DNA from: a virus
Lineage: Duplodnaviria; Heunggongvirae; Uroviricota; Caudoviricetes
DNA: 64,000 nucleotides
Reading direction: 5' to 3' (one strand)
IMG/VR virus record: IMGVR_UViG_3300028888_000044
Span: 160,001 to 224,000 of that record
Below are positions 10,358 to 22,900 of this stretch, one piece after another. Every line of letters begins with the position of its first letter. Within the stretch, counting starts at the first letter, position 1. Both the position numbers and the translations under genes were made by a program. Below the pieces are notes generated by a model that was not told where the DNA came from, searched no databases, and worked only from the letters and a program-made list of their open reading frames with translations.

Positions 10358-13180
10358 ATGAAGCAAATATTTTTAAGAAAATACGAAAGTAAGCAATCAA
10401 CCAATGGAAATAATTCTCTTGATGTTTCATTACAGAATGCCAAGAGAATTATTCCATCGACTGATATTGACGCTATAGTAAATGTAGGTGAACTTTATAA
10501 CAAGGAAAGGGGCGAGTGCAGTAAAATAAGGCTTAACTGCGTAATACGTCCTTATTGCACAAATGTATTGTTTAACGCATTTACCGAAATAGTTCAGAAC
10601 GAAGGTTCCAATAGTGCCGTATGCCTTAATTTCTTGGATAGTCTTGACAATGAGAACCTATCATTGCCAGATGAATTATTCTATAAGACAAAGGATAGCT
10701 TCAGAGGTGAAGATGGGGATAGAAAGACTCTGATAGTTAACTTGATTGATGATACGCAGCTTTCTTCAAAGGTAAAAGGAAATCTTGAATATCACTGCGG
10801 TTTGGACTTTTTTGGTAATCATATATTGAGAAGCAACACTTTCAAGTCTGTCAACCCATTGCCAAGCGGAAGCTCTCCAATCAACGAATCCACATATGAC
10901 AAGTTCAACACGTTGTGTGACTATCATAGAAGATATAATGGTTCTGTTGTAAGCGGTGATACAACAATCACTGGTGAAAGAGATTTTTCACGCAATGAAA
11001 TTCCTCTTAATGATGGCTCGTTTGCTTCAGCCCCTTATGCCAACCATATATATACATTCGATGATTTGCTGACATTCAACGATTGTGTCAAGCAGAAGCT
11101 TATAGATAATAATGGATGGATGGGTTTCGTTAACAAAGGCAAACTGAAGATATATGACGAGAACAAGAATGGGGAATTCTTGGATATAAGCAAACCGCTT
11201 AACAACAAGGAGGCTTGCGAATTTGTTGATATGTATCCAACAAGGGACTTGTTTATGTTCACTCCAAAGTATAACCCTTATAGGCATAGGCTCGAAAAGA
11301 ACTGGAACTATTGTTTAACATATCCATCATCATCCACAACCGAAGGGATACCATTTATTGATAACAGAGTGGAGGGAGGCGCATTAAGATTGTTTGTAAT
11401 CAATACTGTATTTGACAACATAATGAGGATGTATTCGATGTCAAAGCATGGACTCAATGAAGGTGATTATATCACGTTATATAGAGATGGTGAGATTGAA
11501 ATCAGTAGCCTTAACGTAGTCAACATTATAGATGAGTACACATTCGATGTAAGCAAGGATGGTTACAGTATAGGAAGTCAACTTGAGGTTGATTTCAACA
11601 ATCAGCAAGTGCTTGATAAACCCGAAAATGAAGGAGTGTATGGTAGAACAACATATAAGGTATCAAAGGAAAATGCTAGATATTTCGACACAAATTCTAA
11701 CTTTTTGTCATTTTCATTCAAAAAAATTATAAACAATAGGGGCGTTGACTATTATGTCAGAATATTCTCTAAACTACCTAATTGGAAATTTGCCAATCAG
11801 AAGATAACCGAAAAGCTCATCTACGAGAATGATGACATAATACCTACATATCAAACAATTTCTAGAGAAGGGAATGAACAGTTTGCAAACCACGTTGCAA
11901 ACCTTGCGTTTTCCAAGACAATCTATAATGATGATGTTTCGGAGATAATTTTCACTGATGACATCGACATAAATTATCTCCACGATAACCTTGGAAGACC
12001 TTTGTCAAGCATATATCTGACTATTGTCAAGAACAACAAGGGTTATTACGAATGGTACGAGCAATACAACCCATCAGCAGATACAGTTGAATATTCCCAC
12101 TGTTTCGGAAGGACAAGCTGCGGTTTTATGTTGAGTAGCAAGATGTATGATACAAATTATGACACTGGTAATACAGTGTACAATTTGGCTAATACAAGGG
12201 TTCTTTGTGAATCTGGTAATACAAATCCATATAGCGGACTTTCAGTGTCACTAATAAATGACGAAGACCACGTTGATGCATTGGATTTGGGTGATACTGT
12301 TAATTATTACAAGAACAACAACTATTATGGTGACTTGTGCTACTACAGCCACGAGACTTGCGAGGAAGTTGTTATACAGACAGCAGACTACAGATTCAAC
12401 ACTTATCAGAGGGAACATTGGGACGATTCAAGGCTTAATTACTGCAACATCAAGCAAGATGACTATGACACAAATAACTTTTCAAACTACGATTACATTT
12501 CTTGTAAGACAATAAGAACTGGTAATCAATATGAAGGTTACTACTACAAGCCTCACTATGAAATACCAATCCGTTCAATCAATACAGAATTGGAAAGGCA
12601 AGCGCCTAAAATATTCACAATAAGAAGGGTTTCTAGAGAAGGTAATATATATAAGATTTTCACAAATGAAAATAATTATTTAGAAAAGGATGGAACATTC
12701 CTATTGTATGTTGACCACAACAATGTTGATTGGCTTGACAAGGATGCTGTAGTCAGATTCAAGGTGGAAGAGGTTATTGGATTCAGAGAGTTTACTTGCA
12801 CTATTTCAGACGAATATGATATAGATAGTGACAAGCAGACAGTAATAGGTAATTTCGTTAATGGAAACAAGTCTTATTTCAGAATATTGAAACCAGACAT
12901 TAATATTCCAGATTATGCAGATTTTACACTTGACGGTACTTGCAAATATGTTTGGAGAAGTATAATACAGAATGGTGATGATGCAAATTCAAGCGTTGAA
13001 AGGTATCCTTTTACAAACGGTAGGTTGTATGTTATGAGGGACTTTGACTTCTTCTTGAGAAGACAGAACCCAAATCAGACATCTATCCTTACCAACCATA
13101 TGTTTGACGATTTCAGCAACAACATAATAACGGTTACAGAAAGCAACAATTATCACGAGGAAAAAGATATAAAATGTTAA
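10358..13180 (+). CDS. Putative structural protein (baseplate/tail operon), 940 aa
   Basis: Tightly coupled ORF with conserved-looking blocks (YYVRIF, LHDNLGRPLSSIYLTIVK, EGYYYKPHY, YPFTNG). Confidence 0.65.
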   Translation: MKQIFLRKYESKQSTNGNNSLDVSLQNAKRIIPSTDIDAIVNVGELYNKERGECSKIRLNCVIRPYCTNVLFNAFTEIVQNEGSNSAVCLNFLDSLDNENLSLPDELFYKTKDSFRGEDGDRKTLIVNLIDDTQLSSKVKGNLEYHCGLDFFGNHILRSNTFKSVNPLPSGSSPINESTYDKFNTLCDYHRRYNGSVVSGDTTITGERDFSRNEIPLNDGSFASAPYANHIYTFDDLLTFNDCVKQKLIDNNGWMGFVNKGKLKIYDENKNGEFLDISKPLNNKEACEFVDMYPTRDLFMFTPKYNPYRHRLEKNWNYCLTYPSSSTTEGIPFIDNRVEGGALRLFVINTVFDNIMRMYSMSKHGLNEGDYITLYRDGEIEISSLNVVNIIDEYTFDVSKDGYSIGSQLEVDFNNQQVLDKPENEGVYGRTTYKVSKENARYFDTNSNFLSFSFKKIINNRGVDYYVRIFSKLPNWKFANQKITEKLIYENDDIIPTYQTISREGNEQFANHVANLAFSKTIYNDDVSEIIFTDDIDINYLHDNLGRPLSSIYLTIVKNNKGYYEWYEQYNPSADTVEYSHCFGRTSCGFMLSSKMYDTNYDTGNTVYNLANTRVLCESGNTNPYSGLSVSLINDEDHVDALDLGDTVNYYKNNNYYGDLCYYSHETCEEVVIQTADYRFNTYQREHWDDSRLNYCNIKQDDYDTNNFSNYDYISCKTIRTGNQYEGYYYKPHYEIPIRSINTELERQAPKIFTIRRVSREGNIYKIFTNENNYLEKDGTFLLYVDHNNVDWLDKDAVVRFKVEEVIGFREFTCTISDEYDIDSDKQTVIGNFVNGNKSYFRILKPDINIPDYADFTLDGTCKYVWRSIIQNGDDANSSVERYPFTNGRLYVMRDFDFFLRRQNPNQTSILTNHMFDDFSNNIITVTESNNYHEEKDIKC

Positions 13181-16100
13181 GGTTTAATATTACAAGCAAG
13201 AAGGAGAGCAAGGAGAAGGAAATTCACGTTGATGATATGATATTTTCTGAAGACTTGCAGATTGTAACTTGCATTGCAGAAGATGACGGTACTTTGATGG
13301 AGCAAGACAAGATAAAGCTTTACTCCACAAAGTACGATGAATGGAAGGAGATAGACATTAAGGTCAGTAGGTTTACTGCAATAGGTGAATTCTTCGCAGA
13401 TACTGTATACGAAGTGCTTTCTGACTCTAATTCAGAATGCAAATACGTCAAGTTCCACGATAACCGATACTACTACAACAATGAATCGTCAAGCGAATAT
13501 ATAAGCATAGACGGTGTTGAACACCATATACAAACAAAGGACGATGGGTCTTTGTATATAGTAGTGACTGAAAAATACCTAATCACAAGTGATAAGGTTA
13601 AACTATATGATGGAACTGAATGCGACATATATATCGAACGCATAAAGACAGATGAAGGCGATACCGATTATAGTGGGAGTTTTGTTGAGGTTCATTATAA
13701 GCAAGACACCATATTGAGCGGTGAAAGCCTAGTAGTTTATGGTTATCCAAAGACATTCGTAAGATTCACGTTTATGAATGAAAGGGATGAATACCTTAGT
13801 GTTGAACGTGCAGCTTGTGCAGATGTAATTCAATATGTTCTCTATGATGACAAGGAATACAACGTGCAAGATAAAAGAGATGGGTCTGATGAAAGGTTCG
13901 TATATATTGGTGATGGATTAAGCGGTACAGTACTACCATATTCATATCAATATGACGAGGAAAAAGGCAAGTTTACATATAAGGTGGCTGAATCTGATTT
14001 ATATTTAGATACATATTCTTCTGGTATAACACCGATGGTAAAGATAAATGATGCTGAAAACACATTCCTACAATTACACGGCAAATATACGGAGGCAGAC
14101 ATTGGAGAAGAGGTTTTTATCTATTTGTCAGACACGAATGTAAACTTGGATTCTACCGAGAGGATAATCGCAAAAACTGTTAGCAGACAACCTAGGTATT
14201 TGATACTTACCGAGCATACGGAATTGTATAATGGGGAGCCAACAACTTTCAATTCGATAGCTCATAATGGAAAGTTCTACAACAAGAAGAGCGTTGATGA
14301 AAAAGGTAGACCATTCTATTATGTTACAGTTGGTGACAGTGAATATGAATTCCATTTCTTGAATGGTGAAAATGAGGGATATATCAACTATGAGGACAAG
14401 GTGATGTTCTTGAACATTTCAAACTCGATAGATAATGTTGTATCTGAATATCGAAACAGTATGCCCCAGCAAGACGATTCAAGAATAAGGGTTGAATTCG
14501 CAAATCAAACGCAAGAAGGTGTCAGTGGTGGGACATATGGGTTGGAAAGATTAAATGTCATATGCAATAACATTGAGGAAAAGAAGTACGGAATAATTAC
14601 ATATTACGACAACAACAAGCCTACATTTGCATATGTTCCATATGAGTATCTATTGACTAGGAAACTATATAATGGCGGTGATGGAGACCAAATAATAATA
14701 TCAAACCCAGTATATGGTATAAAAAGGTATGATGTTATAGATGTGGAAGGAACAAGATATAGGGTTTATTCTGAACCACACGTATATGGAAGTGAAGAGG
14801 TTATGGATGACCGTCCTTACGAGTATATCCTATTTGACCAACAAGAGTTCTACGAGCTTAAGATACAGTCGATAATCGGAAACAATACCATATTGTGCAA
14901 ACCTATTGTGTGGTCTTATAACGAAGACGATATGGATAATATGGGCGAATATAGGGCTATGTTCAGAACAATATGCTATGACATTGCCACCAATTATGAT
15001 TCATTTGTATTCTATATTGAAAATAACTTTTCACCTTATCAGGAAAGACTCGATTTCTCAAGGTATTATTCATTCAATGAAGACCAACCAATGCATTTGT
15101 CAAATCTTCATTTCTTGCACAATTGTGAGTATATAAGCATACCTTTGTTTGCTTCTCAAGATGAATACCCAAATTTGATGCAAGAGGATAATGTGCACAA
15201 GTATTTTACCGAAACGGAGACAGCAAAGGCGATAAACGGAATCGTTGATATGGACAAGGATGTATATTATCCATACCATATAAAAGGAAACACAAGGAGC
15301 GAGGTTAACGGAATATATTTCAATCTTCACTTCAGAACAAGAACTCTTGATACTTGGACTGTTAAGGAGGATTATACAAGCATAAATGGCGATAACAGTG
15401 ATGGTACTATATTACCGTCATTTAATGAAGCTAATACAAACTGGTTCTGTTTCGACTATTATAGTGGTGATACAGCATACAACGGTTATTCGGACGAAGG
15501 TAGAACCAAGAAGCAGAGTTATGGAGAATTTGATATTGACAAGAAGCCTTCTGAAGCTTGGAAGCATTCAGATTTGCTTTATTTCTTGCACTTCACTAAC
15601 AATGATGTATATTATCAGAAGAAGAAGCTGTCAAATTCATTTATAAGGCTTATGTTCTATGATACAAAGACACCATCTAACCAATCATTGCTTTATCAAG
15701 CGACAATATGGTACGATTCAAGCAAGGCATACAAGAAATATATTGACAACAGCGAGATTAACGACTATTTCGACTTTGACAACAACACAGTCAAATTGGG
15801 TATAGGTGTAGGCTGTGAACCATATGATGCCGCAACTTCAGCATTTACATATGATGACAGCATAAGGCTTGATTCTCAATTCTATGTCAAGAACAGATAT
15901 AGGATGAATGATTCAGCCGAAGGCTTCTATCTGCATTTGTTCAAGGATTTGCTTGATGGTGTATGCAGTAGGACAATATATATGAAGGTAGTATTTAATC
16001 ACGCTGGCGAAGGTAAATCTTGCTTGTTCATGCTTCCACACGCAAAGGATGGTGACAAGACAGTCCCTTGGTATTACAGCAGCGAGAATGTGGAGAATTT

Positions 16101-16299
16101 GAAGAAAGGCGTATCTTTACAAGATGTGTTTGACTATGTATATATACCAATAAACATTGAATATGACTTGGAAAAAGACAAGTACATATATTATTTATCA
16201 GAAGATGTTGCCACATTTGACGAAGACAACAATCTAATATTTAATCTGTTTGAAATCAAAATGAAAGATGAGAGTAATTCACAAGAAAATAACCCTTGA
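13174..16299 (+). CDS. Putative structural protein, 1041 aa
   Basis: Overlaps the previous stop; acidic and beta-rich; C-terminal block (AINGIVDMDK, SFIRLMFYD...Q.LL, EGFYL, TIYMKVVFNHA). Confidence 0.6.
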   Translation: MLRFNITSKKESKEKEIHVDDMIFSEDLQIVTCIAEDDGTLMEQDKIKLYSTKYDEWKEIDIKVSRFTAIGEFFADTVYEVLSDSNSECKYVKFHDNRYYYNNESSSEYISIDGVEHHIQTKDDGSLYIVVTEKYLITSDKVKLYDGTECDIYIERIKTDEGDTDYSGSFVEVHYKQDTILSGESLVVYGYPKTFVRFTFMNERDEYLSVERAACADVIQYVLYDDKEYNVQDKRDGSDERFVYIGDGLSGTVLPYSYQYDEEKGKFTYKVAESDLYLDTYSSGITPMVKINDAENTFLQLHGKYTEADIGEEVFIYLSDTNVNLDSTERIIAKTVSRQPRYLILTEHTELYNGEPTTFNSIAHNGKFYNKKSVDEKGRPFYYVTVGDSEYEFHFLNGENEGYINYEDKVMFLNISNSIDNVVSEYRNSMPQQDDSRIRVEFANQTQEGVSGGTYGLERLNVICNNIEEKKYGIITYYDNNKPTFAYVPYEYLLTRKLYNGGDGDQIIISNPVYGIKRYDVIDVEGTRYRVYSEPHVYGSEEVMDDRPYEYILFDQQEFYELKIQSIIGNNTILCKPIVWSYNEDDMDNMGEYRAMFRTICYDIATNYDSFVFYIENNFSPYQERLDFSRYYSFNEDQPMHLSNLHFLHNCEYISIPLFASQDEYPNLMQEDNVHKYFTETETAKAINGIVDMDKDVYYPYHIKGNTRSEVNGIYFNLHFRTRTLDTWTVKEDYTSINGDNSDGTILPSFNEANTNWFCFDYYSGDTAYNGYSDEGRTKKQSYGEFDIDKKPSEAWKHSDLLYFLHFTNNDVYYQKKKLSNSFIRLMFYDTKTPSNQSLLYQATIWYDSSKAYKKYIDNSEINDYFDFDNNTVKLGIGVGCEPYDAATSAFTYDDSIRLDSQFYVKNRYRMNDSAEGFYLHLFKDLLDGVCSRTIYMKVVFNHAGEGKSCLFMLPHAKDGDKTVPWYYSSENVENLKKGVSLQDVFDYVYIPINIEYDLEKDKYIYYLSEDVATFDEDNNLIFNLFEIKMKDESNSQENNP

Positions 16300-19087
16300 G
16301 CAATTCAAGGCTAGAACACCAGCACTGATAGACTCTTTTGACGAGAACGGTGCATGCATTGACCTTACAAGGGACGATTCAGAAAGGGACAACTTGATTT
16401 CTTGCTATCCTATGGGAGACTACGCAATGATTCCTTGTGACATCATTCTTGACAGTACGCTAGTTGATGATAGCCAGATTGACCTTGCATTGGTTAAGTC
16501 TGTCAGTGGGACTGGTGAAACAATATCAACATACGAGGATGTTAGATATGATGATAGCGGTTGTGAAGATATTGGATTCAAATATTATGCATTGTCTTAT
16601 GGGACAGCCATTAAAATGTATCATTTCTTCTTGGAATACAACAAATTGCTTAAAAGCCAAAATGTATGTAACGGAGAAGTTTGCAATCAGATTGTATCAT
16701 CAGCAACAAGATATTGGGAAATCTATGTGATGGAAGAATCTGAACGAGAGAAATATGAGGAAATGGACGAAGAATTCAAAAGGTATGGCGGTGTTGTTAA
16801 TGTTGTTGATAAAAGTACTTCAGATGGTATTGATTATCAAGCCATTGAAATAGGAGGAATGGATGAGTTCTTGGTTAAAAAAGTGTTCAACACATTTGAG
16901 ATACCTACAGAATACACGACAGTTTGGAAGACAGATAAATTGTATTTTGTCGAGGCAATGAAATGGTACGAATGGTTCAAGGACAGATATGCGATGTATA
17001 GCGGTATTACAGAAGAAGAATGCAAGCAAGAAACTGTGTGCGGTGAAGTACCTACAATCGACTGCATTGACTGCAAGGATTATTTCAAGAGAGGTGGAAA
17101 CGACATGTACTTGATTCTCAAGGATTATATGGACTCGTTTGAGAACATATATTGCTCGTCTGCTACGACATCGTTCAGTTTGCCGTTGTATATACAGAAC
17201 TCAATAGAAGACATTGGCGAGTTTACTGTTATGTCAAGTGATTGGGAAGGTGGTATTGAATACAAGTCAGATGTGTGCCGTGGAGTTGTCTATAGCGGAA
17301 TGTGTGAAGGCGAAAGCGGTAGAACAAGTGGCAGTACTACAGTAGTATATGATTCAGATACGTGGATAAGAAACTGTACTGAACCAAGGAGTTATAAATG
17401 GGACAGCATTTGCAAGAGGTATAGTTTCAATTATGATGCTTGGACAAGGTATTCTGTAGCTCATAGCGGTGATACTGAAATGTCAGATGAGTTGTCATAC
17501 AAGGCATATGCATACAATGTTGATGATATTGTCTTTGTGTTCAATACAAAAGAGGATGCTTCATCGGACGAAGCTGCCACAGAATTGGCAAAGAAAGTCG
17601 AGGTTATTGGCAGCAGTAACGGATATATACTTTACAAGTCAAATATCTGTCCAATTGAGGAACACAAATACATTGTATATCCAGAAGGTTCAGATAACAA
17701 TATTTTGGTTCAAACGCACAATGGAAAGGAATTTGTTATATATAAGGGAAGAAAATATTGGGGTGAGACAAGTGGTAACACACTGTATTTCAACATAACA
17801 AAGATTCCTTGTATAAGAGAAGGAAAGAATATTTCAGCAACTACTGGTCAATTTGTTAATATAAACGGAAATTATATAAAAGGAAATGGTGATGGTCAAT
17901 TTACCATAAAGAATTATGTATATGATGCATTTGATTCCTATTTTGTTTATAAAAACAATACCTATTATTTATCTGGCGATACGCTTATAAGGCCATTCCC
18001 TAAATATGTCGATTATGCAGCCCAAATGACAAATATAGACACATCATTGGGTGAAAAGGTAACAGAGGCAGACAATAATACGAAGGGATATAAATATGAT
18101 GCTTTGTCAAAAACAGTCATAATATATACCCCATACGAAATATATGAATTTGGTGTCATAAGCGGTAGAACTTCTTCAAGACTTTCATTGTTGAAGAGAA
18201 ATGACACTTTCTGTGATGATGTTGGACACGAGATAGAAGGATATTTTGAGGTGACTTCAGCAAGTACACATCCGCAACCAGTTGAAAATTCAACATTGGA
18301 TATACCATACAAGGTTGGTTCTGTATCAAGGATGACAGAACTTGTTGGTTCTGAAGTAGATACAATAGGATATTGGGGGGATTACCTTAAGGAGATTGAG
18401 TTTTACATAGCAAACGCTAATGGAGAACCTATTACAATGTATTATTCTGCGACAACATTCAATGGAAACAATTTGGATGCAATAGAAGCTGCAATACGTC
18501 AGAGGTGTGAAGATTTGGATTCTGATACAATGCAACCGTCAGACTTGTTGATGGCGCGGTTCACATATTATGTGGGTGCAATCCTTGACTACAATGAGAA
18601 TAGCGAGGAATATATGCTGTTTTCCGAAAGCAAAGGCATTCAGACTGAAACATTGAATGGTGTAAAATACGTTGATATTTGCAGACTTTACAAGAAGCCT
18701 ACGCAATACAGCATACACGATGATATTGCATACAACATCTACTATTATGACATTGTTGGAGATATTGAGAAGATAAGGTATTCGACTGAAATTATTGAGC
18801 TTCCAATGTCTGATTTCAAGGTAGTAATAAATACAGAAAATAAACCAGATTGGATTAGTGGTGATGATGTGATTTCATTTTCGAGATTCAATGGGCTTGA
18901 TTATTCCCCAATATTTAGGGAAGAGTATAAGTTTGGCTCATCATCATTGGAAAAGGTAACTGATAATATTTATATTGAAAGGGCTATAATAAAGCCGCAT
19001 GAGCACAACCTTATGCTGTTGGATATACACACTATGGATGCCCTTGAAAAATACGGTAATGGTAAAATAAACATAATAAACAACTAA
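16268..19087 (+). CDS. Putative structural protein, 939 aa
   Basis: Long coupled ORF in the same operon; Cys-rich N-terminal half. Confidence 0.6.
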   Translation: MRVIHKKITLEQFKARTPALIDSFDENGACIDLTRDDSERDNLISCYPMGDYAMIPCDIILDSTLVDDSQIDLALVKSVSGTGETISTYEDVRYDDSGCEDIGFKYYALSYGTAIKMYHFFLEYNKLLKSQNVCNGEVCNQIVSSATRYWEIYVMEESEREKYEEMDEEFKRYGGVVNVVDKSTSDGIDYQAIEIGGMDEFLVKKVFNTFEIPTEYTTVWKTDKLYFVEAMKWYEWFKDRYAMYSGITEEECKQETVCGEVPTIDCIDCKDYFKRGGNDMYLILKDYMDSFENIYCSSATTSFSLPLYIQNSIEDIGEFTVMSSDWEGGIEYKSDVCRGVVYSGMCEGESGRTSGSTTVVYDSDTWIRNCTEPRSYKWDSICKRYSFNYDAWTRYSVAHSGDTEMSDELSYKAYAYNVDDIVFVFNTKEDASSDEAATELAKKVEVIGSSNGYILYKSNICPIEEHKYIVYPEGSDNNILVQTHNGKEFVIYKGRKYWGETSGNTLYFNITKIPCIREGKNISATTGQFVNINGNYIKGNGDGQFTIKNYVYDAFDSYFVYKNNTYYLSGDTLIRPFPKYVDYAAQMTNIDTSLGEKVTEADNNTKGYKYDALSKTVIIYTPYEIYEFGVISGRTSSRLSLLKRNDTFCDDVGHEIEGYFEVTSASTHPQPVENSTLDIPYKVGSVSRMTELVGSEVDTIGYWGDYLKEIEFYIANANGEPITMYYSATTFNGNNLDAIEAAIRQRCEDLDSDTMQPSDLLMARFTYYVGAILDYNENSEEYMLFSESKGIQTETLNGVKYVDICRLYKKPTQYSIHDDIAYNIYYYDIVGDIEKIRYSTEIIELPMSDFKVVINTENKPDWISGDDVISFSRFNGLDYSPIFREEYKFGSSSLEKVTDNIYIERAIIKPHEHNLMLLDIHTMDALEKYGNGKINIINN

Positions 19088-19088
19088 T

Positions 19089-19991
19089 ATGAGTAATGGA
19101 ACATATGGTACTAGAATACCTAGTACAATAAACATAGACGATATTGAAATATACTTTTCATATCGCCCCAACCTATCTGAAACGGATTCAAACAATCTTG
19201 TATTCAAGAAACTGAATTCTAACATACTTGTTGCAGCAAAAAGAACTACAGAGAATAAGGAGCAAGACAGCGTTCTTGAGGGAATGTACAACTTGCACTT
19301 GCCTATGAGTGAATTCAGCAGAAAAGGGTTCTATACTGTGTATATAAAGCCACGAGAGATAAGGGCAGTCATTGCTGACGTTGGAGTATTGTCAAGTTAT
19401 CCAGATGTTAGAGGCATTGTGATAGACACAACAAAGTTACAAGCCATTGATAGGTACAAGTTCTCAACCAACAATAATCTTGTCGGTTATAGGATTGTAT
19501 ATATCAATGCAAGCGATGGTGGTAGGGATGATTATTATAGGATAATCACAAGCAACAACAGATGTGAGCCACTTACAACAAACTTGACCAACTCAAACCA
19601 GAAGATAGTCTCATACAGATATAACGACAGTTCGACACTTACGTTCATTACTGTCACACCTTCTGTGGCTCCATCATTCAAGGCAAATGCAATACCATTC
19701 ATAGGAAACGTAAGCCAAGAGGTGTTGTTCATAAACACAAAGTTTGAGCCAGTTATGATTGAGATTGAAATGGTTGACCACGATGCAGATACAATTTCCA
19801 ATATGTTGGAAGGAAGCCAATTGAGAGACCTTGACAACGGTCTTGTCACAACATACAACAATAACAACGAGATATATCATCAGTCTGAACATTACACTCT
19901 TAAGGATGAGTATACTTCAGTACCATTGTTCGAGGTTAAGAAGAACAAGAATAATGACATAGACTTTACACAAACTATTAACGACAAGTAA
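19089..19991 (+). CDS. Conserved virion protein, 300 aa
   Basis: Coupled ORF in the operon with a globular composition (GTYGTRIP, GMYNLHLP..F..KGFYTVYIKP). Confidence 0.65.
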   Translation: MSNGTYGTRIPSTINIDDIEIYFSYRPNLSETDSNNLVFKKLNSNILVAAKRTTENKEQDSVLEGMYNLHLPMSEFSRKGFYTVYIKPREIRAVIADVGVLSSYPDVRGIVIDTTKLQAIDRYKFSTNNNLVGYRIVYINASDGGRDDYYRIITSNNRCEPLTTNLTNSNQKIVSYRYNDSSTLTFITVTPSVAPSFKANAIPFIGNVSQEVLFINTKFEPVMIEIEMVDHDADTISNMLEGSQLRDLDNGLVTTYNNNNEIYHQSEHYTLKDEYTSVPLFEVKKNKNNDIDFTQTINDK

Positions 19992-19992
19992 T

Positions 19993-22900
19993 ATGGCATA
20001 CATTAAGTCACATAGCAATTATGTTTTAAAGAAGAAGCATCAGAGGACAGATGACGGTGTGATTTATGAAAGGGACTATACCACAATAGGCGGTATAGAC
20101 AATTTTGCTGCAAGGCAAGTGCCTAAATACAAAAGTGGCAACTTCATAATCACCATCAACGATGAAAACGTGCAATACAAGTCCAATGCACTAAAGAACT
20201 GGGCTGAAAACGAGCACGGCACTACTTGGACTTATTCTGACGTGCAGGATGCTTCTGCCGAAACCGAATACACAGAAGACAAGATTGTTCTAAAAAACGA
20301 TTACTACAAGCTGTCAGACTTTGCTTATTACGGTTCGTGCGCTGAATTGGTGAGAGGTTCCGTGAACGGAATCCTAAGTACTTTTCCTGGAGAATTGTAT
20401 GTTACAGACTCCACTATGGCATCATTGAACTTTTATATTGATGGGGATACAGAAAAGAGATATAATGATGCATTGTTGGTTGACAACCCATTCAATATAG
20501 ACATATATACCGAATGGATTACTGATGACAATGACGAGAAGCAGTTGAAGTATCTTGCCGCTAACGAGCATTGGGTTAACTATGAGATACTTGACAAGGA
20601 TGAAGAGGTCGTTGCTTCTGCATTTACTGTCAATGTTATCAAATATGATACAGTATGCAACAAGGATGAGATAGAATATGCAAAACGAAACAATTTGCCA
20701 ATTCCTCCACAAAAGTACAAGAACGGTTCAATGATTTATGGTGTAAACTTCAGTGGCGAAGGTATGCAATCGTTTGCAATCATATGTGTGAAATACAATC
20801 AAAATTTGATTTATTTTACACCAGATGTAAGCGCAAAAGGCTATCATATCAGACCAAAGAAAAGCTTTATTGACAAGTTCTTTAATTCATTGGACAGTTT
20901 TCAATCTGTTATATTGAACCCAAAATCAGACCCTAAATATACGGTTTATTTTGAAATAATGTCAGAAGGCGAATATGGATATGATACAAGTGTTCAATCG
21001 TTTACATTCCCAACCACATATGGAGGTTACAATATCGGTTCAGATGAGGCTGGTATTAATTCATACATCAGCAGATTTGTAAGCATTTCAGAATTCTATG
21101 ATACTCATTTTTCTGATAATCTTTATAGAATGCTTACACACGATTCAATAAAGAACTTTGACTGGTCATATACAAAAGGAGGAAACGAGAATTCAGAATA
21201 CACTGAAAACGGTGAGAAGTTGGCACAAGTAATCAGACTATTCGGAAGAGAGTTCGATGAAATCAAATTCTACATTGACGGTATAACACATTATAATCAA
21301 ATCACATATAACGACAAAAATAATATTCCAGATTATTTTTTAAGTGATGAATTGGCTACAGAGGGATTTGATGTCAAATCCATATACCCACTAACTTTGA
21401 ACGAATTCATAACTGGTTGTACGGAAGAAGATGGTGATTTCAAGTATTATAGGGGATTGGATGAAAGCGGTCTTTGCTTTACAAGTGATTTTGAAAACAT
21501 TACTGCACAAGCAATAAACGAAAATGAGAATATTGTAATCGGAAATAATGGTGCAATATATAAGTTGAATAGGATTTTCAATCAAGACCTCAAGACTCAA
21601 ATTAAGCCATACACAAATGAAAGACTTAAATATAAGTTTGGTTATTTCAACATATGTGATGGTCGTACTAGTGGAACAATTGATGATTGCGATGGTAAAT
21701 ATGCGAAGGAAGCTATTACAGAGGTAAACAAGAATAAGAAGACAAAGTTGATTCGAGTTGGTGATACTGTTTTGAAAAAGAAACTTCTTGTCAACAAGAG
21801 AATCAAGAAATATAGCTCTGAAAAGGAATATTCATATAAGGATATTAACCGAATGTTTCTAAAGAGATTAAAGCTTAATTCAAGGCATATACTTAGGCAC
21901 AAAGGAACAATTCAAGGAGTTGAGATGATGTTCGGTATGTTCGGTCTTGTAAGCAAGAACTTTGTTAACAAATACGCAGAATTGTATACAGAATCAGCCT
22001 TCACTGAAAGCTTCCCTTTAAGTGTCAATGATTGGGATTATGACATCAAGGAATATACTACAGTCACAAATCCTATACTTGACCCATATTGGTGCTGCAA
22101 GGGTATGCCAAGAATAGATTGGTATAATTCCACAAAGACTATACAGTACAATACAGTAGACTTCAAGAACGGAATCTATCACAGCTATCAAGGTCTACCA
22201 ATCAAACATAGGGACATTTACGTGGCTATAGAGAAAACTGATGACGGTTATGTGATAAGTGGAGATTCTATTTATGATGCAATTATTGATAAAGACATTA
22301 AGGAGGTAATAAGCTACAACAAGGACACATTCGAATTGGTATATATGAAGAATGACTTTTCAAGTGAAACAACTCTTGCCTACAAGTATCATAACATTTA
22401 TCCTTACTTCAACGGAGAAGACAGATATGATGGAAATCCATATTACCAGATGAATGGCGGTTGGTTATGCAATTCACCATATTCATTTGACAACAACAAT
22501 AACATAATGTCCAAGGAAGACTCTTGCGTTTTTACAGAAACAGTAGATACACTTAAGATTGTTGAAAACATAAAGCAACTTGTTGATTTACCAGTTAACG
22601 AACTGATGAATGGAGAAATATACAAGGTAAATAATTTGGATGGCGAATATCTTCTTGTTGATGGTTATCTGTATACAGTATACAAGGATTTCAAGAATAA
22701 TAGATATATAAATATTATAGTTGCAAACAATTCAGTAACAATAGGCTATCATACATTTTCTGAAAAAATTTATGTTTCTAATGTATATGGAAATTGCAAT
22801 TTGAACAATGATGATGATTACTCAACTGAAGGTAATGAGGAAATAAGGATGTATGACATATCTTTGCTTGACAATGGAGATAGTATAAGGATATACTTGA